From positions 7,801 through 71,800 of the forward strand of contig NIVC01001384.1 of assembly GCA_002269645.1 (NCBI GenBank): a stretch of 64,000 nt of DNA. The letters run 5' to 3'. This document shows, one piece after another, positions 48,901 through 59,459 of the stretch. Position 1 is the first letter of the stretch; every line of letters begins with the position of its first letter. This stretch comes from Macrostomum lignano (lineage: Eukaryota). The notes beneath the pieces were generated by a model. That model saw only the letters and a program-made list of their open reading frames with translations, was not told the origin of the DNA and did no database searches. Position numbers and translations under genes: made by a program.

Positions 48901-50066
48901 GGAACTCTTCTTGTCTGTTCTGATCTGTTCTGCTTCTGCTTCTGCTTCTGCTTCTGCTTCTGTTTCTGCTTCTGTTTCTGTTTCTGCTTCTGTTTCTGCT
49001 TCTGTTTCTGTTTCTGCTTCTGCTTCTGTTTCTGTTTCTGTTTCTGTTTCTGTTTCTGTTTCTGTTTCTGTTTCTGTTTCTGCTTCTGTTTCTGTTTCTG
49101 TTTCTGTTTCTATTTCTGCTTCTGCTTCTGCTTCTGTTTCTGTTTCTGTTTTTGTTTCTGCTTCTGTTTCTGTTTCTGTTTCTGTTTCTATTTCTGTTTC
49201 TGCTTCTGTTTCTGTTTCTGTTTCTGCTTCTGCTTCTGTTTCTGTTTCTGTTTCTGTTTCTATTTCTGTTTCTGTTTCTGCTTCTGCTTCTGCTTCTGTT
49301 TCTGTTTCTGTTTCTGTTTCTGTTTCTGCTTCTGTTTCTGCTTCTGTTTCTGTTTCTGCTTCTGTTTCTGTTTCTGTTTCTGTTTCTGCTTCTGCTTCTG
49401 TTTCTGTTTCTGCTTCTGTTTCTGTTTCTGTTCTGTTCTGTTCTGTTCTGTTCTGTTCTGTTCTGTTCTGTTCTGTTCTGTTCTGTTCTGTTCTGTTCTG
49501 TTCTGTTCTGTTCTGTTCTGTTCTGTTCTGTTCTGTTCTGTTCTGTTCTGTTCTGTCTCTGTTCTGTCTCTGTTCCGAGTGCCCACCCGAACCCCGGCCT
49601 GAATCCCGCAGGCGTCATGCACGAGGAGATCCTGGAGCACATTCTAGCCCAGATCTTCCCGCTGGGCAACGCGCACCTGTTCTCCCATTTCGTCTTCTGC
49701 TGCTTCGACGTGAACCGGACCGGCTCGGTAAACTTTGAGCAGTTCGTGCTCTGCCTGAACATCCTGCTGAAGGGCAGCCGGGAGGAGCGGCTGCGCTGGA
49801 TCTTCAACATGTACGACATCAACAGGGACGGCGAGATCAACCGGCGCGAGCTGCAGGAGCTTGTCGGCGCCGTTTTCGAACTGCTCGGCGCCCGAGTGCG
49901 ACCGGCTGTGTCTCCCGGCGACATCGAACGTCATACTGGCGAAGTTTTCTGTCGACTGGACACCGACGGCGACGGAGTGATCAGCTGGGAGGACTTCCGG
50001 GCTCACTTCCGCCGGAACCCGCAGCTGGCAGCCGAAATGGACGCCCTGCTCACCCCTATTGCTTAA
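45912..50066 (+). CDS. KCNIP: Kv channel-interacting protein (KChIP/calsenilin)-like neuronal calcium sensor
   Basis: Exon 45912-46305 (..[35 protein letters not shown]|) joins exon 49612-50066 in phase 1. EF-hand loops [24 protein letters not shown] and [12 protein letters not shown]; [21 protein letters not shown] matches the KChIP consensus. Confidence 0.9.
46370..46700. repeat. ~25-bp intronic repeat (TCATCAAAGAGATTGGGGTGGCGGC)
   Basis: Tandem degenerate copies. Confidence 0.85.
47530..47860. repeat. ~52-56 bp intronic repeat (TGTACATTTCCTGCACGCCAATTAAGTTCCCCCCTCTCTCTCTCCACTGAA)
   Basis: About 6 copies. Confidence 0.88.
48925..49565. repeat. Compound (TTCTGT/TTCTGC)n + (GTTCT)n microsatellite
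   Basis: Directly upstream of the KChIP exon-2 acceptor. Confidence 0.95.
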
Positions 50067-50419
50067 ATTGGAGGAGCTCAGGAGGCTTCGGTTGCATTGC
50101 AACTCAAGTAGAAGGGCGCTGCACCAAATATCTTAGCAAGTCCCCGACAAGTTTCTTGAATAAAAGTTACTGAAGGTATATTATAGGGGAGCGGAAATGC
50201 TTAAAATGCAATTGTGCTCTCTAAGTGGAGTGTGCATACGAGTACGATAGAAAAACTTGTGAGCGTTCCTCGCTCCAGAAGGTGAGACATATTGTGACTT
50301 TTAATGAGATTTAAGATTTGCACGATCTGCGGTGTAAGCTTGCCATGGACAGCTGAAGCAGAAGGTCCCTGGACTCGCAATTCGTGCAAATCTTACTGGA
50401 GGCCCCCAGGTATTCGCTG

Positions 50420-50760
50420 CTCTCTGTATCTCCCTCTCCGTATCTCCCTCTCCGTATCTCAATCTCCGTACGTATCTCACTCTCTGTATCTCCCTCTCTG
50501 TATCTCCCTCTCTGTATCTCCCTCTCTGTATCTCCCTCTCTGTATCTCCTTCTCTGTACCTCCCTCTCTGTATCTCCCTCTCTGTATCTCCCTCTCTGTA
50601 TCTCCCTCTCAGTATCTCCCTCTCTGTATCTCCCTCTCCGTATCTCCCTCTCTGCGTATCTCCCACTCTGTATCTCCCTCTCTGTATCTCCCTCTCTGTA
50701 TCTCCCTCTCAGTATCTCCCTCTCAGTATCTCCCACTCTCAGTATCTCCCTCTCCGATCT
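50420..50760. repeat. 14-bp minisatellite (TCTCTGTATCTCCC), array 1
   Basis: Tandem copies. Confidence 0.92.
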
Positions 50761-51540
50761 CCCTTTCATTCTCTTCAAGCAAAGTCGCAACAACTGACTG
50801 TCTGAACTTCTGAATTAAAATAAAGCAAGTCTGAACGGGATTTGCCATTGACAAGTTCCGTCGAGAAAAATCCCATTTAGTAAATGCTCATCAAAATCAA
50901 TCCCCAGAAAATTGGCTGACAATCCTTCTCTCAGGACAGCTGCAATTTGATTGGCTGATTCCCACCCCCAGAGTCCCCTTATCGCCCTTGCCTATTCCAA
51001 ATGAAATGTACAATTGTACATTCACTTTGTGTTACTAAAAATAGCTCCCCCTCTCAGAACTGCAATATGATTGGCTGATGCACATCGTTAAGCCAAGATA
51101 ACATCGACCTCCTCTGCTCTCAAACTTTAACGGGAAATGATGTAACCACGCTCTGGTCGCGGGATAGGGCATGAGAACTTTTTCGAAAGTGCCTCCTATC
51201 CCGTGCACCCCCTGCACAGAGCTGTCGAGACTCGGCCAGGTCTCCGACCAGGCCTGGAGACTCCCGCTCTGCTGCACCCCTCCTGCTGCCTTGGTTCCGT
51301 CTCCCCTGCCGCCACACCTGCCTTTCCGGAGCTCCCTACCCCTTTCTGCACCCCCCCCTCTACCCTATCTCTTCTGTTTTCCGCCCTATTCCTCCTGTAC
51401 TTTCCCTATCCCCCCTCTTTTTGTCTCCCTCTGCACTCTTTTCCTGCGCTGTCCCCTCTTTCTCTGTGTCTACTTACAGTATGTTGTGTGCTCACCGTCT
51501 CCCCATCCCCTCTCAAACTCCCAAACGGTGACGCAAGTCG

Positions 51541-53111
51541 TGTGACCCCTTCTCCCCCTCGGTGACTCATCGATGACTCATCCCCCTCTCTTGCGCAACC
51601 TTTTCTCACGCCATTGTTCTCCTCCCCAAATTTCTCATGCGACACCCACCCCACCTCCGCTTCTATTGTTCTCGTTTTTGATTCTTTTGTTCTCTCGACC
51701 CCCACCAATTATCACATTTCCTCCGATTTTCTCTTTCTTTTGTTCTCGTTTTCGCACCTAATTATCACCTTTTCCCCAATGTTTACTTTTCCATTGTTCT
51801 CAGTTTTCCCCAATTATCCCCGATTTCCAATTCCTTTGTTCTCGACCCCAGCCCTATTGTTCTCAATGTTTGCTTGCGCAACACTTTCGCGACCACCCGC
51901 TGCGCCAATTATCCCCCACCCCACCTCCGGATTGCGCAATTTCCGATTTCTCATGTTGCTATGCCGGTCTCATGCTTCTCATCATGACTCATTCTGACGT
52001 CATTCTGCCGGCAGCCAATCAGAGAGAGGGAGCCATGGTAACGACCTTGAGGAGGCGGCTGGGAGGTCTATAAAAGGAAGCGATTTCGGCATGAGAATAC
52101 TCAACTGAGTTTATCTCTGTTCCTCTCCTCGTCCTTCTTTGGACTTGCTGTCAGACTGAGTTCTGACCCATTCGTCTATAAGACGAATCCCTGCCGGTCC
52201 GCGGTCTGTTACCGCCAAGTTATCCTTAGCTCCCCAAGTGAGCTCGCCTATCGGCCAGCGGTCTGAAACCGCCCAGCATCATCAGCATCGCCTGATCTAC
52301 ATCAGCGCCTCGTCGCTCCAGCGCATCGCCGCTTCACCGTCTGCTTGACTGCAGCCTACAGCCGCCCTCGGTCACTCCGCCTCTCTCTCTCTCTCTGTGC
52401 AGCTGCCGGTAAGTTCCTGCTACTAATTTGTGCTCTAATTGCCTTTGCTTATCCGGGGTTTGCCTATTTTCCATTGTCTGATTAGAGAGCTGAGCCAATT
52501 GTGATACCGTACTTTTTGCTGTATTTTACTCAATAGTGAAGCCGCCTAATTGCCTGATTATTCGCCTGAGGGCCTAATTATTAACTATTAACTAACTCCA
52601 TCATTATTCACTCTTTAACCATCATTTCACTCATGGCTTGCTAAGCCTTTCTCCCGGGGTGGCAAAGCATAAGGAAGTTGGGTAAGCTAATGGCCTCTCC
52701 CCGTGCAAAGCCCGCCTGTGAGTGCGTGCTGCGGGGCCGTGTGTGCGTGCAGTAGAGGGATTAGCGAGTCTTGGCACAGAATGGCAGTAGAAAGGTTGCA
52801 ACCCCATGCTGACGCGTCCCTTCGCCCTGAGCAATCTAAACTACAGACAGTACATGTTCGCCTCATACTACTCTTAGTAATCAAAGTCGTAAGTTAGCCT
52901 CGCTCACAGCCACAAAGGATCCCCTGCTGAGAAATCCTCCAGGATTGAGCCCAGAGTTCCCGATCATGCCCCAAGCAGAGTCCCTGTACTCGGCTGCATG
53001 CGTCTCCCCTGTTAGCCTAAATCCCCTGGTAACCATCCCAGGCGGGGCTCTAGCCTCGAGAGGTCTGGTAGAAAGATCCAGGTGCGCCAGGTCACATAGA
53101 GTGGTGGCAGC
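51541..53111 (+). mobile_element. LTR of an LTR retrotransposon (~1.55 kb) plus primer-binding site; internal region absent
   Basis: Perfect inverted termini TGTGACC (51541) and GGTCACA (53090-53096); CCAAT at 52015 and TATAAAA at 52069. TGGTGGCAGC at 53102-53111 is complementary to the 3' end of tRNA-Leu (..GCUGCCACCA). AT-rich unrelated DNA follows. No TSD found. Confidence 0.6.
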
Positions 53112-53759
53112 CACTCGGTCATACTATTTTATTATTAACTTTTACTAAGCGCTTCTGATATTTGCTCTTATAGTGATATTACCGTCTATTCATTTCTCTC
53201 CTTTGTTACAATCTATTTTTTAGAAAATTTCAATACCATATTATAAAAATAAATGTGTAAATTACATCAAGAATGTAAAATCCCACAAATCTACGAGATT
53301 TTTGTAATTTGTGAGCAACACTCCATTCACCCCGATGTGGGTATACTCAATACCACTCCCCCATTTTTAATCATCCCTCAAACATTTCCGTGTAATCAAT
53401 TATAAAACTGAAAATACTCTGCCTACACTACTGCATCTACTGAAATAAGTAGCGCTTTAGATTTATGACTTTTTAAAAAATCTCTGAAAAAATAAAAAGA
53501 AAAGTTCTAGTAACTTAGGATTTCAAATCAAGCCGTTTATGACGCCAAAGTTGAATTTGTAGCGTGAAAAATTTTATTTAATAATTAATTCGTGCTCCTT
53601 CAAAGTAGACAGATGTTGCAGAACAGGCAGCCATTGTTAACTATTGCTGACATCCTTTTCAGTTGCTGTCGGTAATCCAATTCCAGCTCTGCGGATGGCG
53701 CTCTGAAGTGCAGTTTGGAGCGGAGCATCAAGTTCAATTGCGAGTGTTCCTTTCCATAT

Positions 53760-54330
53760 CTTTCCTCTCTGTATCTCCCTCTCTGTATCTCCCTCTCTGT
53801 ATCTCCCTCTCTGTATCTCCCTCTCAGTATCTCCCACTCTACGTATCTCCCTCTCCGTATCTCCCTCTCCGTATCTCCCTCTCAGTATCTCCTTCTCCGT
53901 ATCTCCCACTCTCCGTATCTCCCTCTCAGTGTCTCCTTCTCCGTATCTCCCACTCTGTATCTCCCTCTCAGTATCTCCTTCTCCGTATCTCCCACTCTCC
54001 GTATCTCACTCTCTGTATCTCCCTCTCTGTATCTCCCTCTCTGTATCTCCCTCTCTGTATCTCCCTCTCTGTATCTCCCTCTCAGTATCTCCCACTCTAC
54101 GTATCTCCCTCTCCGTATCTCCCTCTCCGTATCTCCCTCTCAGTATCTCCTTCTCCGTATCTCCCACTCTCCGTATCTCCCTCTCAGTGTCTCCTTCTCC
54201 GTATCTCCCACTCTGTATCTCCCTCTCTGTATCTCCCTCTCTGTATCTCCCTCTCCATATCTCCCACTCCGTATCTCCCTCTCCGTATCTCCCTCTCCGT
54301 ATTTCCCTCTCCGTATCCCCCTCTCTCCGT
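53760..54330. repeat. 14-bp minisatellite (TCTCTGTATCTCCC), array 2
   Basis: Same unit and orientation as 50420-50760. Confidence 0.92.
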
Positions 54331-54666
54331 AGATTTCTCAGGCTGCTATTAGCAATCGTTTTCTTAATCAACAAACTTGAATGCTCCTATTCTGCTGTCT
54401 AAGCCTGAAGCCCAGTTCAATTCATCGGTTGATGACTCAACCCCTCCCCCCCCCCTATTGAGCGTTTCTGTCTAAAAAGCTGCCTTTTAGCTTTTCTAAT
54501 AACTGAAGTCGGACCAGGCGTGAATAATGGGATTGGGATAATTTCCCGAAACGAAAAACTCCACGTTGCTACATATGGATGATGTAGAGCTTTGGGAGCT
54601 CACTGCAATTTCTCAGTTTTGGTGGTGGCTAATTAGATAATAATTCCCCCAATTAATACAAGTAAC

Positions 54667-55325
54667 CTAATCTGCAGGTGCTAGATTAGCAATCCATTGT
54701 ATTCGTGCATCCTTGTGGGCTAGATTAGCAATCCATTCTATTCCTGCATCCTTGTGGGCTAGATTAGCAATCCATTCTATTCCTGCATCCCTGTGGGCTA
54801 GATTAGCAATCCATTCTATTCCTGCATCCTTGTGGGCTAGATTAGCAATCCATTCTATTCCTGCATCCTTGTGGGCTAGATTAGCAATCCACTCTATTCC
54901 TGCATCCTTGTGGGCTAGATTAGCAATCCATTGTATTCCTGCATCCTTGTGGGCTAGATTAGCAATCCATTCTATTCCTGCATCCTTGTGGGCTAGATTA
55001 GCAATCCATTCTATTCCTGCATCCTTGTGGGCTAGATTAGCAATCCATTCTATTCCTGCATCCTTGTGGGCTAGATTAGCAATCCATTCTATTCCTGCAT
55101 CCTTGTGGGCTAGATTAGCAATCCATTCTATTCCTGCATCCTTGTGGGCTAGATTAGCAATCCATTCTATTCCTGCATCCTTGTGGGCTAGATTAGCAAT
55201 CCACTCTATTCGTGCATCCTTGTGGGCTAGATTAGCAATCCATTCTATTCCTGCATCCTTGTGGGCTAGATTAGCAATCCATTCTATTCCTGCATCCTTG
55301 TGGGCTAGATTAGCAATCCATTCTG
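54667..55325. repeat. 39-bp intronic minisatellite (GCTAGATTAGCAATCCATTCTATTCCTGCATCCTTGTGG)
   Basis: About 17 copies, starting ~40 nt after the donor at 55363 on minus. Confidence 0.95.
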
Positions 55326-55362
55326 AGTTCAAATGAATCGCAGAATTGAACCACGGACTTAC

Positions 55363-55768
55363 CCTCAGCCATCTCAATCAGCTTCATTTCTAATAGATGT
55401 TCAGCGACATTGCCGAATCGAGCCTCGGACCTCTTCCTGCCCGGATGCCACGAGTTGTGAAAGTGGACGCTGCGGAAGTAGGCGGGCCGGTCTTCGGAGG
55501 AGCCGCCGCCCCCGCCGCCGCCGCCCCCGCTGCTGCCACCCCCGCCGCCAGCCGGAGTCATCGACTGCTGCGGCTGCTGACTGCGACAGGCCGGTCCCCA
55601 GCTTCTGCACGGCATCAGGTTGAAGAAGCGTCGAGCTCTCGACAAAGTTGGCGAAGCCGAAGATGGCGGAGTAGCTAGACAGAGGCCGGTCAGCAGCAGC
55701 AGCAGCAGCGGCAGCAGGTGCAGCGGCGGCTGTCGTTTGTACAGCGCGCCATCGGCTGGCGAAGGCAT
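55363..55768 (-). CDS. Neuropeptide precursor exon: Cys-loop peptide + GnRH/corazonin-like SVHFHNSWHP-G-RKR
   Basis: ATG 55768; hydrophobic signal core LHLLPLLLLLLTGLCLA; RARR site; FFNLMPCRSWGPAC; Gly-rich spacer; R-SVHFHNSWHPG-RKR (55471-55430); donor GAGG|GTAAGT at 55363 (phase 1). Phase-compatible 3' exon candidates: 54502-54417 (V-IRKAKRQLFRQKRS..) or 53749-53637 (G-TLAIELDAP..). Confidence 0.85.
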
Positions 55769-56079
55769 GGCTGATGATGGAATAGTTTGAGCTGGCTGGT
55801 TCAATTGGATGACAGTCTCCGGGTCAGGCCTTCCAGATTGATGGCGAAGTTCGCGAGGGGCGGCTTGATTTTATTTTTGGCAGAGGGAATGCCCGGGGAA
55901 TCAGGGGGATTGGCTAACTGGGAGTCGGGCCACTCATCCACTCGCTACACCTGGCTGCGATCACAGAAAATTGTTTTGAGTCACTGTTAGCCAACTCTGA
56001 GTTGATGTGAAACCTGGCACAGCTGCTGAAGCAGCTGTAGAACAAAAATGGATCACTGATTTCTGTTTCTTCGCCATCC

Positions 56080-56390
56080 ACTTTGTCACTTTTTATCTTG
56101 TCACTCTCCACCTTGTCAGGTTCCGTCTTGTCACTCTCTCCCTTATCAGGTTCCGTCTTGTCACTCTCTAACTTGTCAGGTTCCGTCTTGTCACTCTCTC
56201 CCTTATCAGGTTCCGTCTTGTCACTCTCTCCCTTATCAGGTTCCATCTTGTCACTCTCTAACTTGTCAGGTTGCGTCTTGTCACTCTCTACCTTGTCAGG
56301 TTCCGTCTTGTCACTCTCCACCTTGTCAGGTTCCGTCTTGTCACTCTCCACCTCGTCAGGTTCCGTCTTGTCACTCCCTTCCTTGTCACT
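56080..56390. repeat. 30-bp minisatellite (TCACTCTCTCCCTTATCAGGTTCCGTCTTG)
   Basis: About 10 copies. Confidence 0.9.
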
Positions 56391-57109
56391 CTAGCTCTCT
56401 ATCGGTCTCCGCACATCCCCTGCCTCTCTAATTAAGAAAAGATCAGGTAAAGTTCAGGTAAACCCATCATAGAATCTGTCAGTGAGCGGCGTTCATGAGG
56501 CACGGAGTTCAATGGGGATTCATGAGGATTTATAAAGCCAGTTAATTTTGATAATTTGATTACATGTTACTGACATTCCGTGCCCAATCCTGGCAACACG
56601 CAGAGCTCATGTATTTTTAACTTCATCGCAAAAATGATTATAAAAAATCCTCTGTTTAGAGGCGGGCCCAGTGCAAGCTTCTAATTTTGGCATCAATCCG
56701 ACGTCATCTGCAGGCTTCGATTCAGCGCATTCAGAAACGGTTGGATGGATGAATGGATCACGAGAACGGGAAGGGGCCGGTTGAGTGCGGAAGAGTTTGG
56801 CTGACAAAAATTGGCTCAGAGCCAAGCTGCACGAGGCCGCGCGCTCTGGCGCACAGCGCCATCAAGCTCAGTTGAAGCTCAGTCACCCAGTGCAGCTGCA
56901 CAGATTGACTGACCGAGCTCGCCCACGCATGCCTGGGAGGAGTTAGGGAACAACACACCTACGCTTTTGCCCTGAGGCGATTCTGCCCTGAGAGACTGAC
57001 TGGGCGGGCTCGAAGAGACAAGCTGAGGGATTTGTATAGGAATGTTTGAAACTAAGAGAGATGGATGAATATGGAAAAAAGATCGAGAGGATGACAAAGA
57101 GAGAAGAGA

Positions 57110-57590
57110 GGTTGGCGGAGGGAGACGGAGAGGGAGGCGGAGGGAGACGGAGAGGGAGGCGGAGGGAGATGGAGAGGGAGGCGGAGGGAGACGGAGAGGG
57201 AGGCGGAGGGAGATGGAGAGGGAGGCGGAGGGAGATGGAGAGGGAGGCGGAGAGGGAGGCGGAGGGAGATGGAGAGGGAGGCGGAGGGAGATGGAGAGGG
57301 AGGCGGAGAGGGAGGCGGAGGGAGACGGAGAGGGAGGCGGAGGGAGATGGAGAGGGAGGCGGAGGGAGATGGAGAGGGAGGCGGAGGGAGATGGAGAGGG
57401 AGGCGGAGGGAGATGGAGAGGGAGGCGGAGGGAGACGGAGGGAGGCGGAGGGAAATGGAGAGGGAGGCGGAGGGAGATGGAGAGGGAGGCGGAGGGAGAC
57501 GGAGGGAGGCGGAGGGAGATGGAGAGGGAGGCGGAGGGAGACGGAGAGGGAGGCGGAGGGAGACGGGGAGAGAGACTGAGGGGGAGACGG
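57110..57590. repeat. Purine-rich GGAGGGAGATGGAGAGGGAGGC repeat
   Basis: Tandem degenerate copies. Confidence 0.9.
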
Positions 57591-59459
57591 AGATGGAGAG
57601 GAATAGGCAGAGAGGTGCAGTCGCACAAAAATAATGGCTACATGATGCAGGTAAAAGTTATGTAAGGAACAATGGCGTGATCCCATCATCAAAACCGTGT
57701 GGGGGGTGGCATTTCCGCACAGGACAGCAGCTGATCAAGTGTTTAGTTGTCAACAGCAGCAGCAGCTTGAGCTACTCATGCAGATTAAACAGATGAAGCA
57801 GCTCCCTTGGCCGTTGCCATTGGTGCCCGAGCCCAAACAGTCGCCAAGGCGGACAGTGCAGGGAAATCCAAATGAGAATGAGCGGAGAGCGTAATGTAAA
57901 AGCATGAAAAAAGCAAACCATGCAATGAACACTGGAAGCTCCATGCCACATGTACTGCAGAGCGCAACAGCCCAATTATGAAATTATTATTCATAAAATT
58001 TATTAATCTAAATAATCGCGGTGGCCTAAGAAATAAGAAACAAATTTAGTGCTTCAAAGCTTCTGCAGGTGCCGGGCAATGGTTTGTTTCTCAGAAAAGA
58101 TTTGATCGAAGCTTATAAACATACTGAAGGTATAGTGGCGGAAAACCACTGGAATATTGAAGAAAACACAGTTAGTAAAATCAGGCAGTTCCCAGTGAAA
58201 CTGGATGAAGCAATAGCAGTGGAAGCAACAGGTGGAGCAGGTGAGAGGAAAAAACAATGCTGGACAGCTGTTGGTTCGATGCCAGACGCCGCAGGCGCTG
58301 GGGTGAGTACGCAATTTACAGTTTACATACAGTACACACAGATACTGGAATAACTAGATGAGCCACTCAGCACATTTGCGTGAAAGCTACTTTCAGTTCA
58401 GTAGTAAGTTAAACAGAAGCATTTTATTGTATTTTTAAAGCCAAGGCTCTTTTCATTGGCTTTTACCCCCCAGCCTTAAACCCTCCAACCGCGCATTTCC
58501 ACACTACCCCCCGCGCACTCTAACTTTTATTGCCTTTCTCGGAATTCCAGCCTAAAGCTGCCATGTACATAGTGGACTGGCCAATGTACATTATGGCTGA
58601 ACCAATTAGCAAGCTGTTTACGCCTGCAAGCTTGAGCTTCTAAACTTATCAAAGTCATCTCAGCTGGCTTTATTTTATAAAATAGCTTATGCATTCTTCT
58701 CTGCTACTGAAAGTAGAAAGCTGCTTTACCATCTTGTCATTCTAGTATCTGTGCAGTACACTAGATACAGGTACAGATGAATGAGATCTATTTGAGGGGG
58801 GGGCTAAATCACAGTTTCTAGCAAATTCTCAACAATGATTAACAACAATAATAAAAAACCCGAGTAGATAATAACAGTACATGTGGATTACTAATCAGAG
58901 TTGGAGATTATGACAGACATTGCTTATTAAATGCTAATTAATCAAACCAGTTCACAGGCTTAACTAACAAATATTTGTTATAATAAGATTTTAGCTTTAG
59001 ATATTAATATAAATCATTTACGCAGTAAATTTACACACGATAATTAAGGTTATTTTGCATAAATATATGCATACTACACTACTACAGATAAGTAGCATTA
59101 GTAAAAAACAAAAATAGAAATGGTTTTATATACCTTAAAAAGATATGTAAAAGAGAAAAAATGGTTTGAGATTGTAGTCCCAATGAGCAGTTCACTTGGT
59201 CATGGTTTCTTAGAAAACCGACGAGATCCAGACAGCGCGCAAAATGAGCAGCAAAATTTTTAGATAGGGAATTTATTTCAGCTAGACAGGGTATCTTTGT
59301 CAACTATATAGATATTGGTAATTAGCTTCAACTCGATGGGGAATTATTTAGAGCTATATAGGGAATTATTTTGAACAAGATAGGGAATTATCCTAAAATA
59401 GATGGGGAATTATTTATGGCCGGAGTCAAACGGGGGTCACACGGGGGTCACACGCGGGG

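Noticed and set aside
48791-49924. Poly-SV, poly-CF, poly-RN and FL-rich ORFs
   Set aside because: Microsatellite translations; only the part from 49612 on plus is the real KChIP exon.
54667-55377. 236-aa and 207-aa 13-residue repeat ORFs
   Set aside because: 39-bp intronic minisatellite downstream of a canonical GTAAGT donor.
56879-57692. Pro-rich and Gly/Arg/Glu-rich ORFs
   Set aside because: Low-complexity purine repeat, open in multiple frames on both strands.
58069-58353. Plus-strand ORF with acceptor- and donor-like ends
   Set aside because: No recognisable domain or partner exons; cannot be supported from sequence alone.
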